Part shown: positions 27,448 to 36,524 of the stretch, one piece after another
Position numbering within the stretch: position 1 is the stretch's first letter
How the letters are laid out: every line of letters begins with the position of its first letter
NCBI GenBank assembly: GCA_045615665.1
Contig: JAZLFJ010000003.1
Coordinates: 7,406-71,405 of the forward strand
Reading direction: 5' to 3'
Source: Bacilli bacterium
Lineage (GTDB): Bacteria > Bacillota_I > Bacilli_A > RFN20 > CAG-826
Length of the DNA stretch: 64,000 nucleotides
Translations under genes and position numbers: made by a program
The notes under the pieces: generated by a model
The model's database searches: none
Seen by the model: the letters and a program-made list of their open reading frames with translations, nothing else
Told to the model about the DNA's origin: nothing

Positions 27448-29327
27448 TTTTCTGCACTCCTTATCATATAATCTAAATATTCATAACTATTGTTTAGTAA
27501 TTTAATTTCTAGTTCATCAGAGCAAAATGCATTGATAAACGAAAATAGAGTCAGTTTATTCCAATAAATATATTCATTTTTAGGAATCATAAAGTAACTC
27601 CTGAAGTTGCTAATTTTAATTTCCTTAAATCTTTTAACTGTGAACAAAAGGAAATCTTTAATCTGCTGAACATTATCAATTGTAATCATCTCAAGATTAA
27701 TGAATTCTTTATCATTAACAAGAAGATATTTGTCAGCGGTATCTTGGATAAAGCCTATTTTTCCATTTATAAAAGTGTTGTATCTAGATGCGTACATATC
27801 CAAGTCGTTAAATGTGAATCTGGATAACCTATTATCATCGACATATCTGGATAATATCTTATTTAGCGTAAGATCTTCTGTACCTCTTCTACCAATGAAT
27901 GGTCTAGAAAATTCAAATTCGTTCTCGAGCAAATAATTACATAGGGAGAAGAATCCAAATTGTTCGTTTGCAACACCCATTCTTTTGCAAACATCTGGAT
28001 ATTCTATTTTAAATGCCGGATATAACGCCCTAGACGAAACGATTCCGTAATCTGAATCAATTATTTTTCTTCTAACAAAATGTCTAATTATTGTTCTGTC
28101 TTTGCCCACTATATTCAAATATGAAATATGAATGAATCTTCCGCCCTCAAGAGCAACAACATCTAAGTTTCCATATATTCTAAATAAAAACATATAGTCT
28201 TTTAATCCAGGAAACTTATTTCTTAATTCCTGCATAGTAATCAAACCAGCAGTTCTTGAAATGTAATCGTAAATAGGATCCTCGAATTGTTTTCTACTAT
28301 TGACTGATAAAGTCGCCCTTCTAGTAAAAAACATTCCTTTACACCGCCTATCGAATACGCCTTTGAAATAGAACCAGTTGTCTATTCCCTCATTCATCAA
28401 TTCATTTCTAAACGCATCAAAAATAGTTGAATAATAAAGGGTTCCGCCATCTTGAAGGACATAAGTGACTATGTCATCAAACAATTCTTGTGGTATTAAA
28501 TTGACCTTCTCAAATCTTAAGTAAGTCCCTCTATCGACCAAGCAATAGTCCCCTGTGTTTCCCATTGCTGTAAATATTTCTCTAGGGGAAATGTTGCATT
28601 CGATTTTGTATTTTTCAGCGTATGCTTTCTTAAATTTCTCATAGTGTTCATTATTAGTAACACGAATTCCATCAGGGAAGTACTCATCAACAATCGACAA
28701 AATAATGTCTCTCTTAATCATGCCATTGCGAAGATAAACACCATTAATAAGTCGGTAATTAGTTAATAAAATATCTTTTGAAATTCTATCTAAATTAGCT
28801 ACCTCTTCCTTAGAAATAACATTTTTATATAATCCCAGTATTGTAAGTGCGGCATCTGTTTCAGAAATGCCTTTTGAGTTATAAACAAATTCAAATTTTG
28901 AAGATACTTTGATTCGAGACTTGTTATCGGTAAGAGCAAGGAAAATGGCTAAAGCTTTATGAAAAACATCTCTATCACAAAGCGAAGCGTACTCAGAAAA
29001 AGTGATATATGATGGTTCAGTAAACGATTCATAAGAATCAATATCAATGTTTCTGAAAGCGTTATATTTATCCTCAAAATAAAGAGCAAACTTTAATATG
29101 ATGCTGGTACGTTTTGAACGAGTATTAAGCTTTTTAATAGCTTTCGCTTCAATTTGCCTAATTCTCTCTCGTGTAACCCCACCCAATCTTTTTGCTATTT
29201 CATCCAAAGTCAAAAACTGATTGTCTGGATAGCCATTTCTAGAATATAAAACAAAAAGTTCCCTTTCTACCAAAGAGTCATCGACTTCATTAACAATATC
29301 TAAAAGGTAATTATCAGAATTATTCAT
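27444..29327 (-). CDS. Large protein with an N-terminal sigma-70 region-4-type HTH; the rest is uncharacterised
   Basis: 627 aa. VERELFVLYSRNGYPDNQFLTLDEIAKRLGGVTRERIRQIEAKAIKKL matches the sigma70 r4 pattern. No sigma region 2 is visible. Coupled to both neighbours (TAATG and ATGA overlaps). Confidence 0.7.
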   Translation of the reverse strand: MNNSDNYLLDIVNEVDDSLVERELFVLYSRNGYPDNQFLTLDEIAKRLGGVTRERIRQIEAKAIKKLNTRSKRTSIILKFALYFEDKYNAFRNIDIDSYESFTEPSYITFSEYASLCDRDVFHKALAIFLALTDNKSRIKVSSKFEFVYNSKGISETDAALTILGLYKNVISKEEVANLDRISKDILLTNYRLINGVYLRNGMIKRDIILSIVDEYFPDGIRVTNNEHYEKFKKAYAEKYKIECNISPREIFTAMGNTGDYCLVDRGTYLRFEKVNLIPQELFDDIVTYVLQDGGTLYYSTIFDAFRNELMNEGIDNWFYFKGVFDRRCKGMFFTRRATLSVNSRKQFEDPIYDYISRTAGLITMQELRNKFPGLKDYMFLFRIYGNLDVVALEGGRFIHISYLNIVGKDRTIIRHFVRRKIIDSDYGIVSSRALYPAFKIEYPDVCKRMGVANEQFGFFSLCNYLLENEFEFSRPFIGRRGTEDLTLNKILSRYVDDNRLSRFTFNDLDMYASRYNTFINGKIGFIQDTADKYLLVNDKEFINLEMITIDNVQQIKDFLLFTVKRFKEIKISNFRSYFMIPKNEYIYWNKLTLFSFINAFCSDELEIKLLNNSYEYLDYMIRSAEK

Positions 29328-29548
29328 TACAATTCAAATCTCCTCCTAGAAGGTTTTTTCTTTTTTGAAAACTTGTTTTTTGTCTTTTCTACTTGTTCTT
29401 CAATGGCAACAAATATCTTTTCTATGTCGGCATCCGTATATTCGTAAAAAGATGTGTTAGACAAATTGCCAAGTAGCTCTAACATATCAATAATTTTGTT
29501 AGTTCTATTCTCAGCGATTCTCTTAAAATTATTCTTTTTATCCGTCAT
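29327..29548 (-). CDS. Small basic-tailed protein (73 aa), first gene of the cassette
   Basis: Start set at MTDKKNNF (29548), with AAGGAGGTG 6 nt upstream. The ORF-track start at 29587 lies upstream of the predicted TSS. C-terminus KKKKPSRRRFEL. Confidence 0.6.
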   Translation of the reverse strand: MTDKKNNFKRIAENRTNKIIDMLELLGNLSNTSFYEYTDADIEKIFVAIEEQVEKTKNKFSKKKKPSRRRFEL

Positions 29549-29573
29549 GTGAACACCTCCTTGATCATTTAAA

Positions 29574-29603
29574 ATTCTAGCAGGCAAAAGAAAAAGTTGT
29601 CAA
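29574..29603 (-). promoter_or_regulatory. Strong sigma-A-type promoter of the cassette
   Basis: Minus strand TTGACA (29603-29598), 18 nt ending in TGC, TAGAAT (29579-29574), which is extended-10-like. Confidence 0.65.
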
Positions 29604-29737
29604 TTATATTACGTAATATTTAGTGTATATTTTGTAAAAACTATTTATTAAATATATTTATATTTAAAGCAAGACTTCAATTGCATCCTTCGCAGCACTA
29701 GACATCCAACTATGTTATGAGGGTGAGTTGTTTTAAA

Positions 29738-30187
29738 TCAAGCATGCTCATTTATTGTAGATTCTAGACGTTTTAATCTATTTTTTCCAAGCACAAATAT
29801 CACTACGATTGTCATTAATATGCCTATACCAAGAATTACAAATGGAATCCATATAACAGAATCTCTCATCTCTTTAGCGTGTAATCCTTCTGAATACAGT
29901 TGTTGCATATATGGTTCACTCATCGTGTGACCTAAACTAAACATTGTTTCTAAATTAGATTTACATATCGATCTTTGATAATCGTAATACCAATATGGAA
30001 TCCATCCTAATAGGAATGCAATAAGAGTTATGATTCCACCTACAATACCAGCAGTTATTGGAGATTTATTTATCCTTCTTATCTTTGCTTCAAATAGCTT
30101 CTTTGAGTTAGTCTTATCAAGGTGATATTCAGAAATATAATCTTCGTCATCAGGATATGCTCTTATTTCAGAAACTAAAGTGATCAT
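29738..30187 (-). CDS. Two-TM membrane protein, unknown function (possibly the C-terminal part of a nonsense-interrupted gene)
   Basis: 149-aa ORF without an SD. In frame upstream: MKDNVVLLYDNPHHSSLVMIF-TAA-DD-M..., starting at ATG 30269, which has AAAGG upstream. The in-frame TAA is at 30194-30196. Confidence 0.5.
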   Translation of the reverse strand: MITLVSEIRAYPDDEDYISEYHLDKTNSKKLFEAKIRRINKSPITAGIVGGIITLIAFLLGWIPYWYYDYQRSICKSNLETMFSLGHTMSEPYMQQLYSEGLHAKEMRDSVIWIPFVILGIGILMTIVVIFVLGKNRLKRLESTINEHA

Positions 30188-30297
30188 GTCATCTTAAAAG
30201 ATCATTACTAAAGAAGAATGGTGTGGATTATCATAGAGAAGCACAACGTTATCTTTCATTTATAATTGACCTTTCTTAAGAAGTGAGATATTTGGTT

Positions 30298-31665
30298 CTA
30301 TTCTTCTAAGCAAAATGATAAATAGTGAGGAATAGTTATTTTTGTATTGCCTAGTTCATCAACCACAAAACCAATATTTTGGTCGTCAAGTTTAATCAAT
30401 CCTTTAACTTCTTTATAAATATTCTTTTCTTTTAGAACATACTTTGAGGATTTGGTGTTGCCGGTCGTGGCCTTCACCTCAACTAGATTAATTTCTCCAT
30501 TGTAGCGAGTTATAAAATCAATCTCTAATCCGCTGTCTTTGGAAAAATAATATAAATCTCGTTTCATTTTAGAAAAACTATCAGCGATTATGTTCTCATA
30601 AATAGCACCACTATAAATACCAAGATTGCCAAACAATATGTCTCCGGTTGCTTCTTTATCTAACATTGCGACAAATAGGCCACTATCGGCAACATATATT
30701 TTGAAGCATTCGTTGATCCTGTTCCCGGACAAAGGGCTTTGAAGGAGTCTTAAATTATAACAGTAATTGATTAACCCATATTCGCTGAGCCATCTAATTG
30801 CAGGATCATATTTCGCAGAAGACGCTTTGTTTTCAATACGAGAATACATAAATTTTTTATTTTCCTTAGAAAGTTGAGACGGGATGGAATTGAATACATT
30901 ATTAATTCTAGCAAGAAGCGTTAAATCCATTTTTTCATTTTCGTTTTCATCGAGATGCTTTCCAAAATCGTCTTTATAGCCTTCCAAAATATCTAATTGT
31001 TCTTCGCGGACTTGGTTTAAATCGTTGGTTTTTATAAAAGTGTCCACAATAGAGGGCATGCCACCAACGCACAAATATTCTCTGAAGTAACGTTTCATAG
31101 CTTGATTAATTGGCTCTCTAATCTTTGTTTTTGTTTTAAAACAATCCTTTATGTAGTTAATAACATCATCGTCGATGCCTTTCGCCCATAGAAATTCTTC
31201 AAAATCCATTGGTTTTAGATAAACAACATGTTCATACCCAACAGAAACGCCACCACTATATTTGTGGTTATAGCCCTTTAATCCAAGAAGAGATCCTGAA
31301 GCAATTATATCGAACCTATCATCATCTTCTACGAACGATTTAATCGAAGCTCGCGCACCCGAACATTCTTGTATTTCATCAAAAATAATAACTGTCTTGT
31401 GCGGTATAAATTTGGCCTCTGGTTTTAAAGAAGAAATGTTTGTAATCAAAACATCTACTGATAAATCACCATCAAATGCTTGCTTGAGATTCTTTTCTGC
31501 CTTGAAATTGATGTAGACGACGTTTTCGTATGTTTTTTTCGCAAAAGATTTAATACTAACGGTTTTTCCTACTTGTCTTAAACCTTTCAAGACAAAAGCC
31601 TTTCGTTTTTTAGAAAGATTATCTTTCCATTTCGTAAGTTCTGATTCAATTTTTCTTTTAAACAT
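30298..31665 (-). CDS. AAA ATPase with C-terminal DUF4143-type nuclease-like domain (paralogue 1)
   Basis: Walker A GLRQVGKTV, Walker B IIFDEIQ. C-terminal D...ExK-like EIDFITRYNGEINLVEVKAT. Confidence 0.8.
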   Translation of the reverse strand: MFKRKIESELTKWKDNLSKKRKAFVLKGLRQVGKTVSIKSFAKKTYENVVYINFKAEKNLKQAFDGDLSVDVLITNISSLKPEAKFIPHKTVIIFDEIQECSGARASIKSFVEDDDRFDIIASGSLLGLKGYNHKYSGGVSVGYEHVVYLKPMDFEEFLWAKGIDDDVINYIKDCFKTKTKIREPINQAMKRYFREYLCVGGMPSIVDTFIKTNDLNQVREEQLDILEGYKDDFGKHLDENENEKMDLTLLARINNVFNSIPSQLSKENKKFMYSRIENKASSAKYDPAIRWLSEYGLINYCYNLRLLQSPLSGNRINECFKIYVADSGLFVAMLDKEATGDILFGNLGIYSGAIYENIIADSFSKMKRDLYYFSKDSGLEIDFITRYNGEINLVEVKATTGNTKSSKYVLKEKNIYKEVKGLIKLDDQNIGFVVDELGNTKITIPHYLSFCLEE

Positions 31666-31682
31666 GTTTATTCCTCCGAAAC

Positions 31683-31732
31683 GACTTTTTCAAGCGAGTT
31701 TTCAATGTAATAATAGACTTTTTCAAGCGAGT
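31683..31732. repeat. Direct repeat GACTTTTTCAAGCGAGT, two copies with a 33-bp period, upstream of ATPase 1
   Basis: Copies at 31683-31699 and 31716-31732, both 17/17 identical, directly upstream of the RBS. Confidence 0.85.
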
Positions 31733-31767
31733 GTGAATTCTTGTTCAAGAAGAATTAAATATGAAAA

Positions 31768-31790
31768 CGGTTACGTTTTTTGTGTAACCG
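31768..31790 (-). terminator. Rho-independent terminator of ATPase 2
   Basis: CGGTTAC-N9-GTAACCG. On the minus strand it is followed by TTTTCAT. Adjacent 12-bp palindrome GTAACCGGTTAC. Confidence 0.65.
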
Positions 31791-31832
31791 GTTACAATTC
31801 TTATCTTTATCCTAAGATAAATATAAAATAAA

Positions 31833-33209
31833 TTATTTTTGCAAGAAATCGATCATATAGATTGGAAACATCCAAACACGTTCATTTTCTTGCTTAACAT
31901 TGCATTTGCCAAAAATCCAGGCTTCTTTAATCTCTTTATGCGACTCTAAAAGATTGTTCAGTGCGGAATGGAAAAAGACGCCATCGCTTTTTCGAGGAGA
32001 CGTGGCTTTAATTTCAATTGGAAGAACTGACATATTCTTCTCGATTAGAAAATCAACTTCTCCATCCTTTTTTAAAGAATGGAAACGAGTTTCATATCCA
32101 TGTGCGGTTAGCAACTCAGCGACCACATTTTCATATGCCGCTCCTAAATCTATTCCACTATGATCGATAATTAATTTTCTTTTTTCTTCTCTTCCGAAGA
32201 TTTGATGTGTCAACAACCCGACATCAGAAAAAAATAATTTTACAATTTTACTATCCTCAGAAATTTTTAGTGGGTAAACCGGATTTGTAACATTGTATGT
32301 AGGAATTGCTATACCAGCATTCTTAAGCCACAAAAAACGATCCTTTAAATTAAGATTTTTAAAATTAGGGACATCGAGATGAGATTTAACAAACTTACAG
32401 TTTTTCATTGTTATTTCACTAGCAAGTAGATTGTACATTTCTAAAATAACTAATCTATCTTCCTTATTTGCATACTTAACAATGTCGCTTTTGTACCACT
32501 CATTGACAGAATCTAAAGCATTTGAGGTCATAGTAAGTGTTTTGTCGTCAACGTAGCCTTGGACTGCTGCGGGAAGACCACCAATAAAAACATATTTTTC
32601 GAAATAATCCAAAAGCAAATCATGAATTGAAGGGGAAACCGTTTGTTTTTTCTCGAAACACAGTTTAACATCATCAATCAATTTTTGATCAATACCATTA
32701 GCGAGCAAAAATTCCTCAAAATCCATCGGATACATTACTATTTTTCTTAAATATCCAGTCGGATTTAGATTGACGCTAAACAAAGAAACACCAAGAAGCG
32801 AACCCGATAAAATCAATCTAAAATCACCACGTCTAACTATTTCTTTCGAAAGAGTTAAGATGTCGATATATTTTTCAGAAAATAAAGGGTCTTCTTGAAT
32901 TCTTTTTTCGCGAATTTCGTAATAGTACTGTATTTCGTCAAGGAATAGAATTGAATTTTTGTTAACAAATTTTGTATCGGAAATCAAAGATAAGCGTTCA
33001 ATGAATTCTTCATAGCTCTTTACTTCGAGTAGCAAAGACAAAGCTTTTAAGTTTTTAGTAAAGTCAATTTCTAAATATGAATCAAATCCTTTTATGAATT
33101 CTTCAATAAGTCTAGTTTTTCCGACCTGCCTAGCTCCTTCGATGAGCAAAGCAACAGATTCATTTCTCTTCCAATTCTCTAATTCGATCATCTTTTTTCT
33201 ATACAACAT
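31833..33209 (-). CDS. AAA ATPase with DUF4143-type domain (paralogue 2)
   Basis: Walker A GARQVGKTR, Walker B LFLDEIQ. C-terminal GEVDFLIEKNMSVLPIEIKAT. Confidence 0.8.
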   Translation of the reverse strand: MLYRKKMIELENWKRNESVALLIEGARQVGKTRLIEEFIKGFDSYLEIDFTKNLKALSLLLEVKSYEEFIERLSLISDTKFVNKNSILFLDEIQYYYEIREKRIQEDPLFSEKYIDILTLSKEIVRRGDFRLILSGSLLGVSLFSVNLNPTGYLRKIVMYPMDFEEFLLANGIDQKLIDDVKLCFEKKQTVSPSIHDLLLDYFEKYVFIGGLPAAVQGYVDDKTLTMTSNALDSVNEWYKSDIVKYANKEDRLVILEMYNLLASEITMKNCKFVKSHLDVPNFKNLNLKDRFLWLKNAGIAIPTYNVTNPVYPLKISEDSKIVKLFFSDVGLLTHQIFGREEKRKLIIDHSGIDLGAAYENVVAELLTAHGYETRFHSLKKDGEVDFLIEKNMSVLPIEIKATSPRKSDGVFFHSALNNLLESHKEIKEAWIFGKCNVKQENERVWMFPIYMIDFLQK

Positions 33210-33265
33210 AGCAATTTCCTCAATATCATTATATGATAAATGAAAAATCAGTCAATTAGTTTTTT

Positions 33266-33322
33266 CGACTTTTTCCGTTTTCCTGAAAAATTCCAACCGA
33301 CTTTTTCCGTTTTCCTGAAAAA
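33266..33322. repeat. Direct repeat CGACTTTTTCCGTTTTCCTGAAAAA, two copies with a 32-bp period, upstream of ATPase 2
   Basis: Copies at 33266-33290 and 33298-33322, both 25/25 identical. Shares the core CGACTTTTTC with the ATPase-1 repeat. Confidence 0.85.
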
Positions 33323-33361
33323 CTCGGGCTTTAAAAATTACAAAAAATATGATTTTTACCT

Positions 33362-35434
33362 CTAGACGACCTTCGCATCTAGTTTTAATTTACCTAAATA
33401 ATAATTCTTGATGACGTCATAAATTATGACCGTGCCCCAAGAGTCTATTTTGCAATATGCGAGAGCTTCTGAGAGCAAACGTTTTGTAGATGGGCCTTTA
33501 TTTTGTTCACCCAAATGGGATCTAACAAGTAAAGCTTTATAGAGGTCTAGACAGATGCCTCCATTATAAACGAGGCATTTATCATCTTTATGGTAATCAA
33601 GAGAATATTTAAAATCGAATGGAAGGTTTTTATAGAATTCGATAACGTTGGGATCCGCTGCTAAATTGGGCTGAACAACCTTGAGGGAGCCTCTACCATT
33701 AAAATCGGTGCAATACATTGCTCCTGAAGTGAAAAAGTCCAGCAAATCCACGACATTTTCTCTAAAATTCATCACAAATTTGATCAAATCGTCATCGGCA
33801 ATATTTGGAAAATCCTCATAAAACTCTTTCATTCTTGTTTTTTCAAAGGACTTATTAAAAACGACGACACGGTAATTATTCGCGTAAGGATCTACACCTG
33901 CATCAATGAGTTGTTCTTTTAATTTTGTATAAAGAGGAATGCTTGGATTTGTAAAGCTAGTTTCGTCTGGATCAGCAATAAATTCATAATGAGATACATC
34001 TCCGCCACGACCTTTATCGAAATCGTGTTTGGTTAAGTCATAGCCTTTTTTGACGATGTGCATCGAATATTGACTTACAACTTGCTTCCACGGGACAAGA
34101 TGTTCAACAAGGGGGATCGGATACATGAATGATTCAAAATCAAAGAAAATGAGGTATTTAATATCATCATTAAGATAATCACGATGAATGATCGTCTTCA
34201 TTTGTTGCATATCAATGAGATATTTTTCTTTGATCTTGCCTTGCTGATAAAGGACTTGGGTATAAGCGTTATTACGTTTATGATCAGTGCCAAACATTTT
34301 ATATTTGGAATTTTCTAAATTAATATCACTTATATGTTCAATGCCATCATCGATATAAGATTTTGACCAGGACCAATAACCTCCATACATATTCCATCTT
34401 GTTAATTTAAAAATAGAATTTGGTTCGTAAGCATCCTTGAAGCAATAGTCCATAAATGGACATGCTGGTCCTTTACAGCATAAATAACTTTTTTTAGGTT
34501 TAATATTCTTTTGTTTAGCAATCTCATTGATTGAATCGATGATATCTTCAATCTTTTCTCGTTCGACTTTTTTTCCTTTATCATCGTAAATATATCGATT
34601 TGTATCAAAATACTCTTTGAGTGATATCGGATTATCTTTTAGATTCATTGTGTACTTAAGAAGGAATAACTCAACTAATTCTTCATCACAAACTGGATAG
34701 GCTAGTTTATGAAGTTCGTAATGTTTATTCGTGTACATATAGCCAACGTGAGAAATATTTAATCCCGCTTTTTTATAAACGTAATATTGGAATAACAAGT
34801 CATAGAGATAATTATCTTTAATCTTTGAATCTAGTGATTCATCGACTTCACCGTCTACTTTTGGGTGGGCAAAAACTGTATTGCTACCTTTAACTTCCAC
34901 GAGAGTAAATGAGCCATCATCATTACGGATCAAAATATCAAATCTTGCGCGAAGATTTTCATATTCAATTTGACCTTCAAAAATAACTTTGATGTTTTCA
35001 TCTTTTAAATATTTGTTCGTATTCTCAATGATTGCATCTTGAAGGAGGAGTTCTGCCCCCGCCCCATCGACATCACAACGAGCGCATTTTTCCTTACCAA
35101 ATCTAAGTTCAAAATAACGTCTTGATAATTTGGAAAGAAGTTGATTATCCTCATATTTCTCCACTAAATCGTCGACAATGTTCATTTTTCTTTTTCTTTG
35201 GAACTTCTTAATTTCGTTCTTAAGATGAGGATATTCTTTAAGGGTTTCCATGAAGTCGAAATCTTCATAATCTTCCGACTCTTCTTTTTCCATTGCGACA
35301 AGTTCTTTGTATTTATCTTTGAGATCTAAATATGTTTTAAATAACCCAATCAAGGATGTATCTTCAAGTTCTAAAGATACAAGATATGGGCACTTTTTAG
35401 CGACATAATCTTTAATGACAGCTTTAGTAATCAT
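33362..35434 (-). CDS. DUF2779-like protein: Cas4/RecB-type PD-(D/E)xK nuclease region plus C-terminal FDFE (exonuclease-like) region
   Basis: 690 aa. DILIRNDDGSFTLVEVKGS, Cys cluster C15 ... SYLCCKGPACPFMDYCF, then LIFFDFESFMYPIP. Confidence 0.65.
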   Translation of the reverse strand: MITKAVIKDYVAKKCPYLVSLELEDTSLIGLFKTYLDLKDKYKELVAMEKEESEDYEDFDFMETLKEYPHLKNEIKKFQRKRKMNIVDDLVEKYEDNQLLSKLSRRYFELRFGKEKCARCDVDGAGAELLLQDAIIENTNKYLKDENIKVIFEGQIEYENLRARFDILIRNDDGSFTLVEVKGSNTVFAHPKVDGEVDESLDSKIKDNYLYDLLFQYYVYKKAGLNISHVGYMYTNKHYELHKLAYPVCDEELVELFLLKYTMNLKDNPISLKEYFDTNRYIYDDKGKKVEREKIEDIIDSINEIAKQKNIKPKKSYLCCKGPACPFMDYCFKDAYEPNSIFKLTRWNMYGGYWSWSKSYIDDGIEHISDINLENSKYKMFGTDHKRNNAYTQVLYQQGKIKEKYLIDMQQMKTIIHRDYLNDDIKYLIFFDFESFMYPIPLVEHLVPWKQVVSQYSMHIVKKGYDLTKHDFDKGRGGDVSHYEFIADPDETSFTNPSIPLYTKLKEQLIDAGVDPYANNYRVVVFNKSFEKTRMKEFYEDFPNIADDDLIKFVMNFRENVVDLLDFFTSGAMYCTDFNGRGSLKVVQPNLAADPNVIEFYKNLPFDFKYSLDYHKDDKCLVYNGGICLDLYKALLVRSHLGEQNKGPSTKRLLSEALAYCKIDSWGTVIIYDVIKNYYLGKLKLDAKVV

Positions 35435-35471
35435 TGTATTTATTTTAACACACCACTTTATAAATAGAAAA

Positions 35472-35495
35472 AGAGACCGATTTAATCGGGTCTCT
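35472..35495 (-). terminator. Rho-independent terminator of the lipid-kinase gene
   Basis: AGAGACCGA-TTTAA-TCGGGTCTCT (one bulge). On the minus strand it is followed by TTTTTCTATTT. Confidence 0.7.
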
Positions 35496-35531
35496 TTAAC
35501 TAAATGACAAATATCTTATTTGCTTAAAAGT

Positions 35532-36452
35532 TTATTGAGGGATAACGAGGTTCACTGCACCAGGAAGAACTCTAACGGTGAAGTTATTGCCTTTGATCAT
35601 TTCGCCATCAACACAGACATCGAAATCTTTTGGTGAAACCATTTTGATTTCTTTAGCTTGTCTATAGACAATTTTACGACGTTTACGGTCTAAATGTTTA
35701 CCTTTAGTGTATGTTCCAATAATCATTCCTAAACCGAGGAAGGTCATTGTTTTAAGTACGCAGACATCAATTAAACCATCGGTGTTATCGCTTTTCGGAG
35801 CGCATTTGAATTGACCGCCGACATATTGCCCTTGAGCAAGCGTTGAAAGAAGCATTTGTTTTTCGTTAAGTTTTTCACCGTCAGCGAATACTTCGATATC
35901 ATTGAATCTACCATGTTTCATAGCGTCGTGCTTTAAAGCATAATCATATGGATTTGTGCCTTCTTTTGTTCCTTCTGGTAAACCGTGTTCTTTGTAATAG
36001 TTGCCCATCGCTCCAACAATCGCATCAAAACCAAAGTTGATGACGTTAACTGAATATAATGGTTCTTTTAAACACTCACCTTTAATCTCGGAAAGATCAA
36101 TTGGAGAGGCTTTGGCTTCAATAAGCTTTTTGAAATCTTGGAATTTTTCTTTTCCACCATAGATTTTGACAAAGTCATTGCCTGTTCCAGAAGCATAGAT
36201 TGCTACTTCAACATTTTTAAAACCAACAACTCCATTAACAACTTCATGGATTGTACCATCGCCACCGCAAGCATAAACTCTAACGATGTCTTTTTGTTTC
36301 TTTAAATATTCTTTCAAAAATGGAATGACGCTTTTTGGACCAGTTGTTTTATAAATCTCAAAATCTAATCCTTTAAAAGCTTCATTAATTTTGGCTTCAA
36401 ATGATGGATCAAATCCACCAGCGGAGCCATTTACAACTACTAAGTGTTTCAT
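35532..36452 (-). CDS. Diacylglycerol/lipid kinase (DagK/YegS family)
   Basis: 306 aa. ACGGDGTIHEVVNG catalytic-domain motif and GTGNDF. Confidence 0.85.
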   Translation of the reverse strand: MKHLVVVNGSAGGFDPSFEAKINEAFKGLDFEIYKTTGPKSVIPFLKEYLKKQKDIVRVYACGGDGTIHEVVNGVVGFKNVEVAIYASGTGNDFVKIYGGKEKFQDFKKLIEAKASPIDLSEIKGECLKEPLYSVNVINFGFDAIVGAMGNYYKEHGLPEGTKEGTNPYDYALKHDAMKHGRFNDIEVFADGEKLNEKQMLLSTLAQGQYVGGQFKCAPKSDNTDGLIDVCVLKTMTFLGLGMIIGTYTKGKHLDRKRRKIVYRQAKEIKMVSPKDFDVCVDGEMIKGNNFTVRVLPGAVNLVIPQ

Positions 36453-36524
36453 TATTTAACCTCGCTTATATTTATATAATATACAAACCCAAATCGAAGA
36501 TGTCTATAATTCTAGGATTTTGAT

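Noticed and set aside
23209-33322. Periodic 32-33 bp direct repeats as a mini CRISPR array
   Set aside because: There are only 2-3 copies. The repeats are 17-25 bp with 8-16 bp between them, which is far too short for spacers. They sit in promoter regions, and no cas genes are present.
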